A DNA stretch of 64,000 nucleotides from Spironucleus salmonicida (taxonomy: Eukaryota). Both the position numbers and the translations under genes were made by a program. How positions within the stretch are numbered: position 1 is the first letter of the stretch; each line of letters starts with the position of its first letter. Below, one piece after another: positions 1 to 11,001 of this stretch. The notes beneath the pieces were generated by a model. The model did not search any database and had not been told where the DNA came from. It was given only the letters and a program-made list of their open reading frames with translations. The stretch covers positions 1,509,197 through 1,573,196 of the forward strand of contig NC_090600.1 of NCBI RefSeq assembly GCF_000497125.1, read 5' to 3'.

Positions 1-294
1 GTCAAAAACATAAATTATTAATTTAGCTCCGGACGCATATGTTTTAAGCATTTTAGACCCAACAGACTAACCACCAATATCAAATAAATTGAAAGATATC
101 TCTTAATCAGTTGGTAACTGAATCGTTCTCGAAAAAAAATCTACTCCAAGAGTTTATTTATATTATTCCGCAAAAAAATCTTAACAAAATCTATTACAAA
201 TGGATGATTTTCCAACAGAGCCATCACCTACTATTGCAACTTTAAATGATAAGGGTTAAGAATCTTAACCTGAAGAAGTGCTCTCATCTAGCAT
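1..294 (-). CDS. RAB28: Rab28-like small GTPase (3' end runs off the window)
   Basis: Code-6 translation MLDESTSSGQDSQPLSFKVAIVGDGSVGKSSICNRFCQDFFAEQYKQTLGVDFF...FDIGGQSVGSKMLKTY. It has a G1 P-loop and the DIGGQxxGxKML G3 region typical of Rab28. Confidence 0.9.
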
Positions 295-327
295 TTTAAT
301 ATATTACTATTATATGTAAATTAAAAA

Positions 328-1977
328 TCAAAATTCATTCTCTTCAGTTTCTAATTGTCCATCCAAATTATTATGATACTCCAACTCATTTTGAAGCGCT
401 AGACATTCTTATACTTTTTATAAATATCTTTATTTACAAGCCTACGTCTAGACTTCTAGCAATTTTCCCCGCTCTTCAATAGAACTTCCTCTTGCACGGA
501 GTAAATTAATCTGACTCACAGATAATTAATTATAATCTTAATATTCTAATTATAACCTATTATAATCATTTTCAATTAAACTGGCTCTTTAAGCTGTATT
601 TCTTAAGAACTCTAACTCATTTTTATCAATTTAAACATACTCAATTTTTTATTAAAATTTCCAATTTTATACCTTAGCTATCTTAAGACTCTAAGACATC
701 ATTTTGACGATTCGTAAACTATCACTATCTGAATCTGTTATATTACAAAATTAGTACATATACAATGGAACTTATCCTGTAAATGATGATTTCAATTCTG
801 AAATGAACGGATTCGACAAGTTTGGATTTCCATTTCTGTCACTAGATAAAACTGCAACTACTTGTTTAATTTAGTTGAAAATTTAGTTGTTGGTATATTA
901 TATGACTTTTGTGTACTACTAATAGGCATATTTTCGATCCGCATTCACCCATGCTGACTTTCCAACATCCTTAATAAGAAGCTGTTAATTAACCGATTTT
1001 TGTAAACAGGAACATTTCTACTCCTTTATCTTCTCTGCTAACGTTTACCCATTCGCCGAAATTCCTGATCTAGTCGACCTGAACATCGTCTTGTTGAGCT
1101 GCTCGAAAACATTTTAATTTCGTGATTTTGATAGTTCTACTGAGTTGCTCGGATACATCATTTGGCCTTTAATCGGGCCATTCTAAAGGAAAGAAAACTC
1201 ATTAGTTCCCTGCGTCAGTTGAATTTTGTAGTCGGTGCAGATTTTGGGAATTATTGCAATTTGGAAAAATGCCGTTTTCGAACAAAGTTGGTACTAATCT
1301 GTAGATACAATTTTAAGCTTCAAAATTGACGGTGTAGAAACACTGTATTTAACGACTTTTGGCATTATTTCTTAAAGAATTACATCGGGATGGGCTGGTT
1401 GGTTGAAAATGATATTTCTGGTTGTTATGCTTGTATCTATAAGAAGTATTGGTTCATATTGTTTATTCGCTAATGGGTTGCGTCTTTCCGTTTTTTATGT
1501 CTCGAAAATGTTGAATTCAATATTAATCTACTCAATTTTGTTGTATTATAGCGTAAGATATTCCAGTAATTTTGTAATTATTGACGGTCCATGGGGGCAA
1601 AATGCAAGTTCTACCGCCTCAGGAACTCTTTAATTTGGGGATGCATCTGGAATACGCTTCCGCTTCTATCCCATAACTGAATTATAGGTTGAAAAAAGCA
1701 GAATATTCTGGTCCTGGCCATCTGTTAGTTTTTCGAAAATTGGTGTCAAATCTTTTAATACTTAGATCGACTCTGTTGTTTCAGCATAAACATGTTTGAA
1801 CTTGTAAATTTCAGCTTCTTTTTCGGCTATTTTAGTATTTAGGGATTTTATATTTGAAGTTTTCTTGACTATTGCCAAATGCTCATCGTCTTATCTAAAT
1901 AAATTTATCATTTGGTTATTAAGCGCTCTAGAGGTAGAGGCAAAATCATCAGGAAGTAGTCTAATATTTGGGTGCAT
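328..1977 (-). CDS. 549-aa protein, probable degenerate kinesin motor domain plus C-terminal coiled coil
   Basis: Open in code 6. YKFKHVY..LTPIFEKLTDGQDQNILLF and NQIKQVVAVLS..P..NPFISELKSSFTG..M..DSLRIVKM follow kinesin motor spacing, but the GQTGSGKT P-loop is replaced by STYNSVMG. Confidence 0.5.
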
Positions 1978-2059
1978 TTTAGATTTTACGAAATATAAAA
2001 ATACTATACTCTATATATTAATTATATACATTATCTTGCATCTCACTTTTTATTTATTT

Positions 2060-2551
2060 ATGGAAGAATTAATCGAATTGTTAACAAATACAAATATCAG
2101 AATATTAAGATCTTAAATTGTAATAGAAGAGTTGGTAAATGTAATAGAGGCTTATACATTTATACACTAGTAATATATTTACATGAAAATATGCTAAAAT
2201 CCAACTACAAATTAAACTACCGTAGTTGTTAGCACATAACAAGATTTAAAAGAAAACACATATTAATTAAGTTGTAGTAACAGTATTATAAGATAAAAAT
2301 TGCATTAGTTCTTAGAGTTTATTCCAATTCTTTTATTAAATAAACCTTTTCCAAATAAGCTTACAACTCAGAAAAATAAGGAATCTGTGAAATATATTCC
2401 TGTCAGTGGTTTTCCAGGGTAATACGTAAATTTGCATTCATAGGTAATGCATGATATAAACTCGTATTCACCATAATATTATAATAATTCAGACGATCAA
2501 TCTAGTAGTTTAAATAGTGAATTCTAATACAAATAAGTTTGGAACGTATGA
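2060..2551 (+). CDS. hypothetical protein (163 aa)
   Basis: ATG..TGA ORF in code 6 (MEELIELLTNTNIRILRSQ...VWNV) that fills the gap between its neighbours. Confidence 0.65.
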
Positions 2552-2563
2552 GAATTACTTTAG

Positions 2564-3880
2564 TCACTTAATAAAAACTAAATCAGGAAAACCCTCTGAT
2601 TGTTTTAGTTATCTAAATCCTGCTAAGAATAAAATACAAATACCCTAAAATACAACAATTGAAATATCGTTTTTGTTGACCAGATCACCTTTGAAACATG
2701 GAAATTTAAAAATTTCTTCTCTATTTAACTATACAAATTTATAACTATCATAATTTGTTACTTATTTATGCCATTAATATACTATATAATCATTCAAATA
2801 AAATTCAAAATCAGGATTCTATGTTGAGAATTTATATAATAATTTACCAAACTTATTTATATATAATTCACTGCATTCAAACGGCAGAGTAAGAGATTTA
2901 GCAAATTACTAGAGTTCAATAAAATTATAAAATGCATTTTTACATACTTAAAAACATTTTTTCACCAGTTACGAAAACATATTTTTTTATATTTTCATTT
3001 ATAAGTATTACATTTGTTGATAGAATTCTTTAAAATCGTTAGGTGGTTAGAATTAGTAGGATAAAACCTAATCAGTTGTATAAAAATCATGAAGGATCTT
3101 AATATTTTCAGGTTTTATAAATTTAATATTAACTGGATTAAATTGCTACTCAGGTGTGAAAGTGTCTAGCTTTTGTTGTGTTTCATATAATTTTTATTCC
3201 AATATTTTCTTATATATTTTCTAATTTTTCTGATTTAAAATGTTCTCGTCTATATCTGTTTAGTTTGATTATGCCAATACATTTATATCATCTAAAAGAT
3301 TAGAAATTTCAGCAAGGTTAACCTATGTTTTAACTTAGTTTTTAAGTAGTTTTGGATTTTAAGTATTATTAATATATTTTAAATAAGAGTGACTTTAACT
3401 AATTGATTCTTCCAGATTTTCTTTTATTTTCTACATTTTTATCTCCGTTTCCTACTTAATTAAAATTTTTGAGGCTTGAACTTAAGATTTGTTCCATCCA
3501 TTGCTAATAAAACAATCTAAAATCTATGCAGATAAATGATACATATCTTATGCAATCAAAGAAAAATCTGCATAATATCCGCCTTTATTTTTTAAGGTAT
3601 AGCTTATTTCTTTACTCATTTTTCCGCAAAGCCTGACGTGTAATGATAGTGCAGAATCCAAATTGATTATAGAACACTAAAGCTAATAAAATTAAATACG
3701 AATATAAGATATAGTTTTTGATAGATTTTAAATTTTAGTAATTTGTGATTAAATAGAATGAAATTAGTTTGTATTTTTCATTTGTAACAATTAACTTTAC
3801 TTTTGCACCATGTTTGTAAATAAAAAATAAGATTTTTTAAGTTAAGAAGATTCATCCATCAATTTCTATAATTTGAGCAT
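2564..3880 (-). CDS. hypothetical protein (438 aa)
   Basis: Code-6 ORF MLKLQKLMDESS...GFPDLVFIK ending AAG-TGA (AGTGA motif). Confidence 0.7.
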
Positions 3881-3920
3881 TTTGGAAAATAACTATATAT
3901 TATATATTAACTTAATAATT

Positions 3921-4250
3921 TCACATCTGCTCTCCGTCAATATAAACTTAATTTCTGTTAGTTTCAATAAAATTAATATAGATAAGCTCTCCTAAAATGT
4001 TATATTTATATACCAGCTTTTAACACAAATATTGTAATGTTTTTTATGTTCTATAAACATCCGCAGCTCCAACAAAATTTACTTTAATAAAAATTCCTTC
4101 TTTAGAAGTTCCAAATTTAAAAGATTGTAACCTATTCAATGACACAAAAACTGTTGGCTCTTACCTTCCAGTGGAATCTGCTACACAGTTTTTAATAAAA
4201 TCTAATATACCTGGAAGTTCTAAATTTGTATATACAGCAACTTATGCCAT
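3921..4250 (-). CDS. MIF: macrophage migration inhibitory factor (MIF)/tautomerase-like protein lacking Pro1 (109 aa)
   Basis: MAQVAVYTNLELPGILDFIKNCVADSTGRQEPTVFVSLNRLQSFKFGTSKEGIFIKVNFVG...ELIYINFIETNRNQVYIDGEQM. Length and the motifs TN, TG[KR], FG.S and YINF match the MIF family. Confidence 0.7.
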
Positions 4251-4271
4251 TTTAAAACTTATCTTCTTCGA

Positions 4272-4302
4272 TATATAATAATAATGTTATCGCCCTTCCA
4301 TC
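4272..4302 (+). promoter_or_regulatory. minimal promoter: TA-rich box followed by a C-rich tract before the ATG (example)
   Basis: tatataata..cgcccttccatc-ATG. Similar tracts precede 16818 (ttccattcctta), 33957 (ttccgttccac), 43088 minus (ttccactcctatatata), 44454 minus (ttcctttaccctta) and 62744. Confidence 0.55.
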
Positions 4303-4773
4303 ATGTATTCTTTAGAAACTTCAGATTCTCAGTCCTCAAATTTCAGTAAATAAACCCTACGAAAAACTGATGTTTCAAATATCATTAAAATTACTTTTCC
4401 AGTACCCTGTACGCTTTGCAAGAGCAAATTTGATTCCCGTTCAGAATAGCTTTCGCATTATCGTTCTGAATCTCATTTGGCTAAATTGATAATAACAGTT
4501 AGAGAACATTCTTAGGAATTTTTCGGGCCTCAAAAACCCAGAAGCCGATTCATAGATGATGTCCAGAAAGTATACTTGGAATGCGATGACTCATTCTCAT
4601 AGCAGTGCTCGCAGCTAATTTTTTTGTGTGCTGACTGTAACGTTGAGTTTAACACTGAAAATGGGTATTTAGCACATCTGCGATCAAAAAGACATTTTAA
4701 GAGTAGTTTTTAGTAAGCGGAAATAGAGGTCAAACAGGAAAAGGTAATCATAGAATTTGAATGCATTGAATGA
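4303..4773 (+). CDS. two-finger C2H2 zinc-finger protein (Rei1/ZNF622 N-terminal type), paralog 1
   Basis: Fingers CTLCKSKFDSRSEQLSHYRSESH and CADCNVEFNTENGYLAHLRSKRH. Confidence 0.8.
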
Positions 4774-4810
4774 ATATATGGTATATGTAACATATTTTCC
4801 ACTTTATTTA

Positions 4811-5275
4811 ATGACGAGTTTAGAGACCTCTACATCCCAGTCATCATACAATGGAAATCATGCCATACAAAGCAGCATTAGCTCTATTGTTACAATTTAT
4901 AAACCAGTGAAGTGTACTCTGTGCAATGTCAATTTTGTAACTAGATAAGAACAATTAGATCACTATCACACTGAATATCATATTTAAAAGGCATAGAAGT
5001 CCATCCAAACTAAATTCGAAGATACAGTCAGTAAATATGTGTCCAAGCAACCACAAAATATATATACACAAAATGTTCTTATTGACATAGATGCATCTAA
5101 TATGTAATCCGGAGACTTTCTTGTGTTTTTTTGTGACGACTGCAAGATGGAATTCACAAAGGAAAGTGGTTACCTAGCGCATTTGAAGAGCAAGAAGCAT
5201 TTCAAAAACTGTCTAAAAAGCGAAATTTAAATATAAAGTAGTAAAGATCTACACGAAACAGAAGACATCGAGTGA
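4811..5275 (+). CDS. two-finger C2H2 zinc-finger protein (Rei1/ZNF622 N-terminal type), paralog 2
   Basis: Fingers CTLCNVNFVTRQEQLDHYHTEYH and CDDCKMEFTKESGYLAHLKSKKH. Shares the N-terminal SLETSxSQSS with the upstream gene. Confidence 0.8.
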
Positions 5276-5277
5276 GC

Positions 5278-5784
5278 TCAAATGTTGTATATTATACCAT
5301 TCTCAATTTCGTATGGGTCTCCTTCAATTTATAACCAAGGACAGTAAACAATTCTACCTTGGTAAATCACACATCTTTCTGAATTGGTCTCAGATTTAAA
5401 ATTGCATACAGTTTCCTTATAACCACCAATAAATGATCCCATTGTAAGATCATCTATTTTAAAGTTATTTTACTATTGTGATAATTTTCGCATTCCACAA
5501 CTTACACAACATTTTGATATTATCGCCGGCGGTTATTTTTCCATCCTTAACACGGTGCGCACGAACTCTTCTGTAATTTAATGTCCAAAAGAATACAAAG
5601 CCCCTAACTGCTTTGATTTGATATAGATTTCATTAAATTCCCCTCCATCGAGCGCGCAAAGCTGCACGATATCCTCTGCAGTGTTAATCTGCTCTACACT
5701 GCATTTTAAATTACTTTTAGAATCAAAAACATTAACAAATTAGCCAAACTCCTTACCATAAAATCTAACTGAAAATTGTCGCAT
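5278..5784 (-). CDS. hypothetical protein (168 aa)
   Basis: Code-6 ORF MRQFSVRFYGKEFGQ...ENGIIYNI, convergent with zinc-finger paralog 2 (2-bp gap). Confidence 0.7.
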
Positions 5785-5830
5785 AGAAACCCCGAAATCT
5801 ATAGAAAATTTGGAATTTTTTGCCACGTAA

Positions 5831-6010
5831 ATGCGTGCCTAAATCGAATCTGTTGTAGAAAAAATAATATCATATATCGATATATTAATCTGTTGAACAT
5901 AATTTTAGTAGCTTTTTGTAGAGTATTATGGAGAAAGAAAATCAGCCAGAACTTACGATTTTGGGCCGTCTGTGAATAGTTAATTTATAGAATTTCTTTA
6001 ACAAAAATGA
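5831..6010 (+). pseudogene. TGA-interrupted reading frame (pseudogene remnant or TGA read-through candidate)
   Basis: MRAQIESVVEKIISYIDILIC-TGA(5894-5896)-TQFQQLFVEYYGERKSARTYDFGPSVNSQFIEFLQQK-TGA. The ATG sits 46 bp from the divergent neighbour, as for real genes here. Confidence 0.3.
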
Positions 6011-7006
6011 TCAAAATCAACAGTATGAACTTCTGCATACTTCTAAGGATGTTAGATTAGGTATAACGCTAATTCACAACCGAGTGTCCCGCATCCTGAA
6101 ATTAATACTTTCATTAAGCTAATTATATAATATACATAATATATAATTATTATTAATTAATAATATTAAAAATAAAAAAGTTACACGAATTTGAATAAAT
6201 AATAGAGAATTAAATATAATAAAGAGCCATAATTATAATTAATAGGGATAAATAACTTACAAAATACATCGCCATAATATAAATATACTATATGTAGTTT
6301 TAAATCTCAATAGCTTAGAGTATTTTTATAATTATAATTATTTTAAAATTAAAAAATAGTAGGTTTAATTATGAATGAGTATATTAATTTTAAGATCAAT
6401 ATATGTCTTAATATTAAAAAAATGATAATATATGTTTAAATTTTTTGAGATACAGCGCTAAATAATTTTAGTATAAATTCAGATTATTATTTCTCGATTT
6501 TTATGTATTTGCTTTAATTATAAATCGGTATTGTGAAATGATAATATTTTAGTAAACATATTATATTATTTTTATATATAAACAACCCAATAAATGTATA
6601 TATCAGTGTGCTTTAATTATTTTATAGTACTAATTATATCCGTTTATTCATTGTATAATATAATGGATGAACAATGATCTTCTTTTAAGTATTTTAATAA
6701 TCCTTAGATTTTATGCATCATGAAATATGTATCAGTCACGAAAAATTACACTTTATATTTATCGTAAATATATTATTCTGTCAATATAAAGAGTAAATAC
6801 AATTATTAACATTATATCACTAAACATTCAAGATTTTTTTTGAGAGGTGGATATATTTTAGTAATTTTTACTATTAAGCCTTCATTAGATTCCTCATATT
6901 TTAATATAAATTTATTTTGTATTTAATTTTAATATTCATTACTGATTAATGAATGTTGTTATTTAAAAGTAAATTTTTTACTATAATAACAATTTAAACA
7001 TATATA

Positions 7007-8491
7007 TCACTCGTGCTTCCTGTCATATAGAGCAGCTCTCGCTAATTTCTTTTCCTTTTCGATCTTATCAAATTTATCATATGACTCTGCTTTTTACCCC
7101 AAATTAGTGAATCTTGATGTTAAACCAGTAAGCATTTATGCCAAGGCTTCATTTGATTTCCTAAGCTCTTCAAATTCTTCAATATGTACTTAACTAAGTT
7201 CTGATTTCATCGATAATTCTGCTTCTAAAAATTAGATTCTTGCTAACTATTTCTCAATAATATCTGTATTCTCATCTATAACGTTAATCTTGTCCGATAG
7301 TTCGTTGTCTAAAGCTTAAAGTTTAAGATTAAGTTATTAGTTAAGTGAATTTTTATTTAAGACGTCTGCATTTTATGTATTAATTTTATCATTAAGTTTA
7401 TTTATATTAGATGCCTATTAATCTATTTATACAAGTTATTATTCATCTTTTAGTATATATTTCTTTGACTCATCTACATGTCTTTGAATTTCTTATTTTA
7501 ATGCTTAAATATCCATATTTAAATCATCTATTAAACGCTTGTTAGAATAACAGTCAATAACCTTTTATACATCAACAGTGTAATCCTATAATACCTTGTT
7601 TCTCTAATTTAGTATTTTATTATCCGATTCTAATTACTAATTTTAAGATCTACAAGAAGTTAAAGACTTAGTATTATCCCTGAGCTCATTTTATAAATTT
7701 GTAATTTAATTTTATAATGTTCTAACTTCTACCTGATACAAATCATTAGTTTATTATAATTAAAATTTACTTTAATTAATTTCTTACAAATTCTTCTTCT
7801 AGCTAATAATCTCTACTTACTATTCCCGTAATTTAGCCTATAATTCTTATATTTCAAAAGTTGCCTTACTTAGTTACTCTTCTAGTATTTCAGGTACATT
7901 TTTCTTTAAATAACTAATTTACTAATGCAAAGCTTTAATTTCACCATTACTGCTTGTAAGTTTTTAGGACTGCTCATTAACAACTTAGTTAACATTTTAA
8001 AGTTATTCATCGAGCATTTCGTATTATAATTTTTAAAGTTTCATTTACTCTTTAAGATCTGAATTTTCATTACATTATAGCTCTAAAACATGATCAAAAT
8101 TCTATCTTTCAAGAAGTTTTCGCTCTTTTTCTTAAAGTTTGTATTAATTATATAACTCATTTTGTAGTTATAGTTCATTGTTAAGTTCTTTAATACTGTC
8201 AATTTAAGCTTATAAATTATCTTCTTTTTGCTTAAATTCATGTTATTATTACATAAATTAAGTTCTTAATCTTTCAAATAGTTATGTCAATGGAAGTGCT
8301 TCATCAAGAGCAGAGTCAAAAGCTGGATTTGCTTCAACACCTCTTGATTTTTATTTCTTTTCCTCTGTCATTTTCTCTCTTAATAATCTACCCTAAAGCT
8401 CTAAAAAGTATACTTACTGTTATAAATTATAAATGAATTCTTTTTCTATAGCTTTATCTGGTAATGGTTACTATGGTATATTTCCTGACAT
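7007..8491 (-). CDS. long coiled-coil protein (494 aa)
   Basis: MSGNIPQQPLPDKAIEKEFIYNLQQQVYFLELQGRLLREK..., Q/E/K/L heptad-rich, ends GAG-TGA. Confidence 0.8.
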
Positions 8492-8549
8492 TTATTAAAA
8501 TTTTAGGATTTAGTAATAATAGATATAATAATATAAGTAAAAGTTTTAC

Positions 8550-10667
8550 TCAACAGAAAATGCACTCCCAAATGCTAAAGTCTAAATCCGCATCAATCAG
8601 AGAATAACGAGTATCTATTGTTCTATTTAAAACTCCATCATTTACTTGCTCTATTTTATCAATTATGTTAGATGTAAAATAATGAGAAAAAATATTAATA
8701 TTGCTAAGGAGGCTAATACTTTTTGTGCAAGCGAAATTGTAAATGTCCTACCTAGGATCATTAATCATATATACAAGAATTTGTAGACATACATAAAATG
8801 ATTTAGAGTACGTTAGAAACATATCATTAACTCCATTCTTAATTTACTATTCTGTCACTTTTTTGAATAACGTACTAGCATGTTTCTTACCAGAATTAGG
8901 TTATTATCTGAAATCATTGTTAAGTTATATAGCCAATATTGTGAAATAGGTAACATATTTTTTCATAATATCCATAACGTCAATTTTATTAGCACTTTAA
9001 AAGATGTATTCTCTAATAGCTTGGGTAATATGAAACCAATTTAGTTAACGCAAACCTATACAAGGAGGTTATATCTTGTCAATTATACCTAGTTAAACTA
9101 AACTAATGAATTCATTTTGATCTGCTGATTCATTTTAAAATAATGAATGTACGTCTAAAATATAGAAACTAGCATCCTCAGAGAACATTCCAGGAAATAT
9201 TGATAATGTAGATAACACATGGCATTATGTTTATGATAACCCAGATAATAGTTTTCCTAAACCAGGTGACAGTTTCTCTAATCTAACTGTTGAATGCCCT
9301 AATGATCTGAGTGTTTGTAATGGCTAAACACCATAAAGTTTTGAATTTTAGCATACTAGTCGTAATACTTGCGGTAACCCTGCACAAAGCCTTGAAATCT
9401 CCCTACCTTCTTCTAAACTAACACCTAACTACCCTATAACTAATATAGCACCCTCGTCTTCTGAGAGTGGGGGAACTGATAACTCTAACGAATTAACAGC
9501 AGGGCCTTAATATTCTAGTTAAAGTTAAGACCTTGATGTAAGGATAATATAACAATCTATACCAGCCGGAATTATCTGCTCAATATATTAACAGTTTCCT
9601 ACATTTTCGAGTATCAACACAAATGGTGAAGTTTCTGCAGCTACATTTTTAAATATATTAAGTAATATTTCTGTATTGGTTGATATGTTTTCTTTCTAAT
9701 CTATAATTCCTTCCTTCATTATCGCTGATATATTATTTTTAGCGTGCTCACTAGGGTTAAGTAAATGTGAAACTAGTTATTTATTTACAAATGTTAAATC
9801 TTATTCTGGCTTCATACTTCTGATAAGTTAAACTAAAATATCATCAATTTTTTTAAACTTTTCGTTAACTCCTTTTAAATTTGCTTAAAAGGCTTTTCTT
9901 TATATAGGAAACTGTGCTTTGTCACTGATAATTATTTATTTTAGATGTTCCGCTAGTTTCGATTTTCCTACTGATACTAAGCCAAATAAAATTATTAATT
10001 TAGTTGGAGGCTCATCATTAGCTAAAAATTGTATACATTGTGCTATTATATCCTTTCTGATATTAAAGCTTAATTCATTGTTAATCGCCTTCTAACTAAA
10101 GAATGGCCTGCCTTCTTACATTCGCTACACAATAGTGTCAGTCGTCATTTTTGTTATTCCTCCATCACGCCTAAAGAAAGCTGCTTCATGTTACTTTGTA
10201 GTAAAATATACTGGGGCAGTACCAGGATGTATTGTCGCAACTATTACAACCATTTAAAAAATTTCTTATGACTCTTTGTTTACTAGCTCCCATGGTTTTA
10301 TTCTTGATAGAGTGTATATTTCACTTTCATAATCATCTGGTAGAGTTACATTAATAAAATGAACCTCAGATAGATCTGCATCAACTTGTGGAATAAATTA
10401 TGCGACAGCTGCATCTATAGATAATCTTATTGAATCACGAATTTTACTATCTGTTAATATTCCCTTAACGCGGGAATCATCTTCGATACCAAACCAAAGC
10501 TATCCACCGTGAGAATTCAAAAAGGCATTTAGATATTCACGGGAATATCTACCAATAACATCTGGGAATCTTTTAACATCTTATATACCTTTAAATTCTA
10601 TTAAATTGTTTTCTTCGACTGGTAAAATTTCATTATAAACAAGCTGATTTGGCAATGGTATTATCAT
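8550..10667 (-). CDS. Schlafen/AlbA_2 domain - NB-ARC-type STAND NTPase fusion protein (705 aa)
   Basis: Translated in full in code 6. AlbA_2 motifs: EENNLIEFK, AFLNSHGGQLWFGIEDD..VKGI, FFRRDGGITKM. NTPase motifs: Walker A GLVSVGKS (229-236), Walker B FVLILENV (349-356), sensor-1 YIILTSR, VPPLSEDEGAIL, ISRLCAGLPQVLR, LSIFPGMFS, WFHITQAIREY. Confidence 0.85.
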
Positions 10668-11001
10668 TATGAATCTGTAAATTTGTATATAATTATATAT
10701 AATATTCCTTTGATATAATTTACAAAATACTATATATCATTAATTCTAATTATTAATACTATTCCTACTTTATTTCCTTTTAAATTTTATAAAAACTTGA
10801 CGATTATAGTTTTACCATAACTAGTATTATTTATTCGACAATATATTAAAATTATAAATTGCTTTACATGATTTCTTTTGTTTGAAATAAGGAATTACTG
10901 TATCTCAAATGTTGTAAATATTTTTAATATAAATTATATTTTATTGTATTGTATTTTGAGCAGTTAAAACAAATTTTATTAAATTATATATGAAAATTAT
11001 A

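Noticed and set aside
2564-2660. GFPDLVF near the C-terminus, resembling a FAN1/VRR-NUC PD-(D/E)xK nuclease
   Set aside because: The ORF stops immediately afterwards, with no EVK motif or remaining core.
8560-8870. Plus-strand ORFs next to the Schlafen-STAND gene
   Set aside because: They are short and TGA-interrupted, and the minus-strand frame explains the region continuously.
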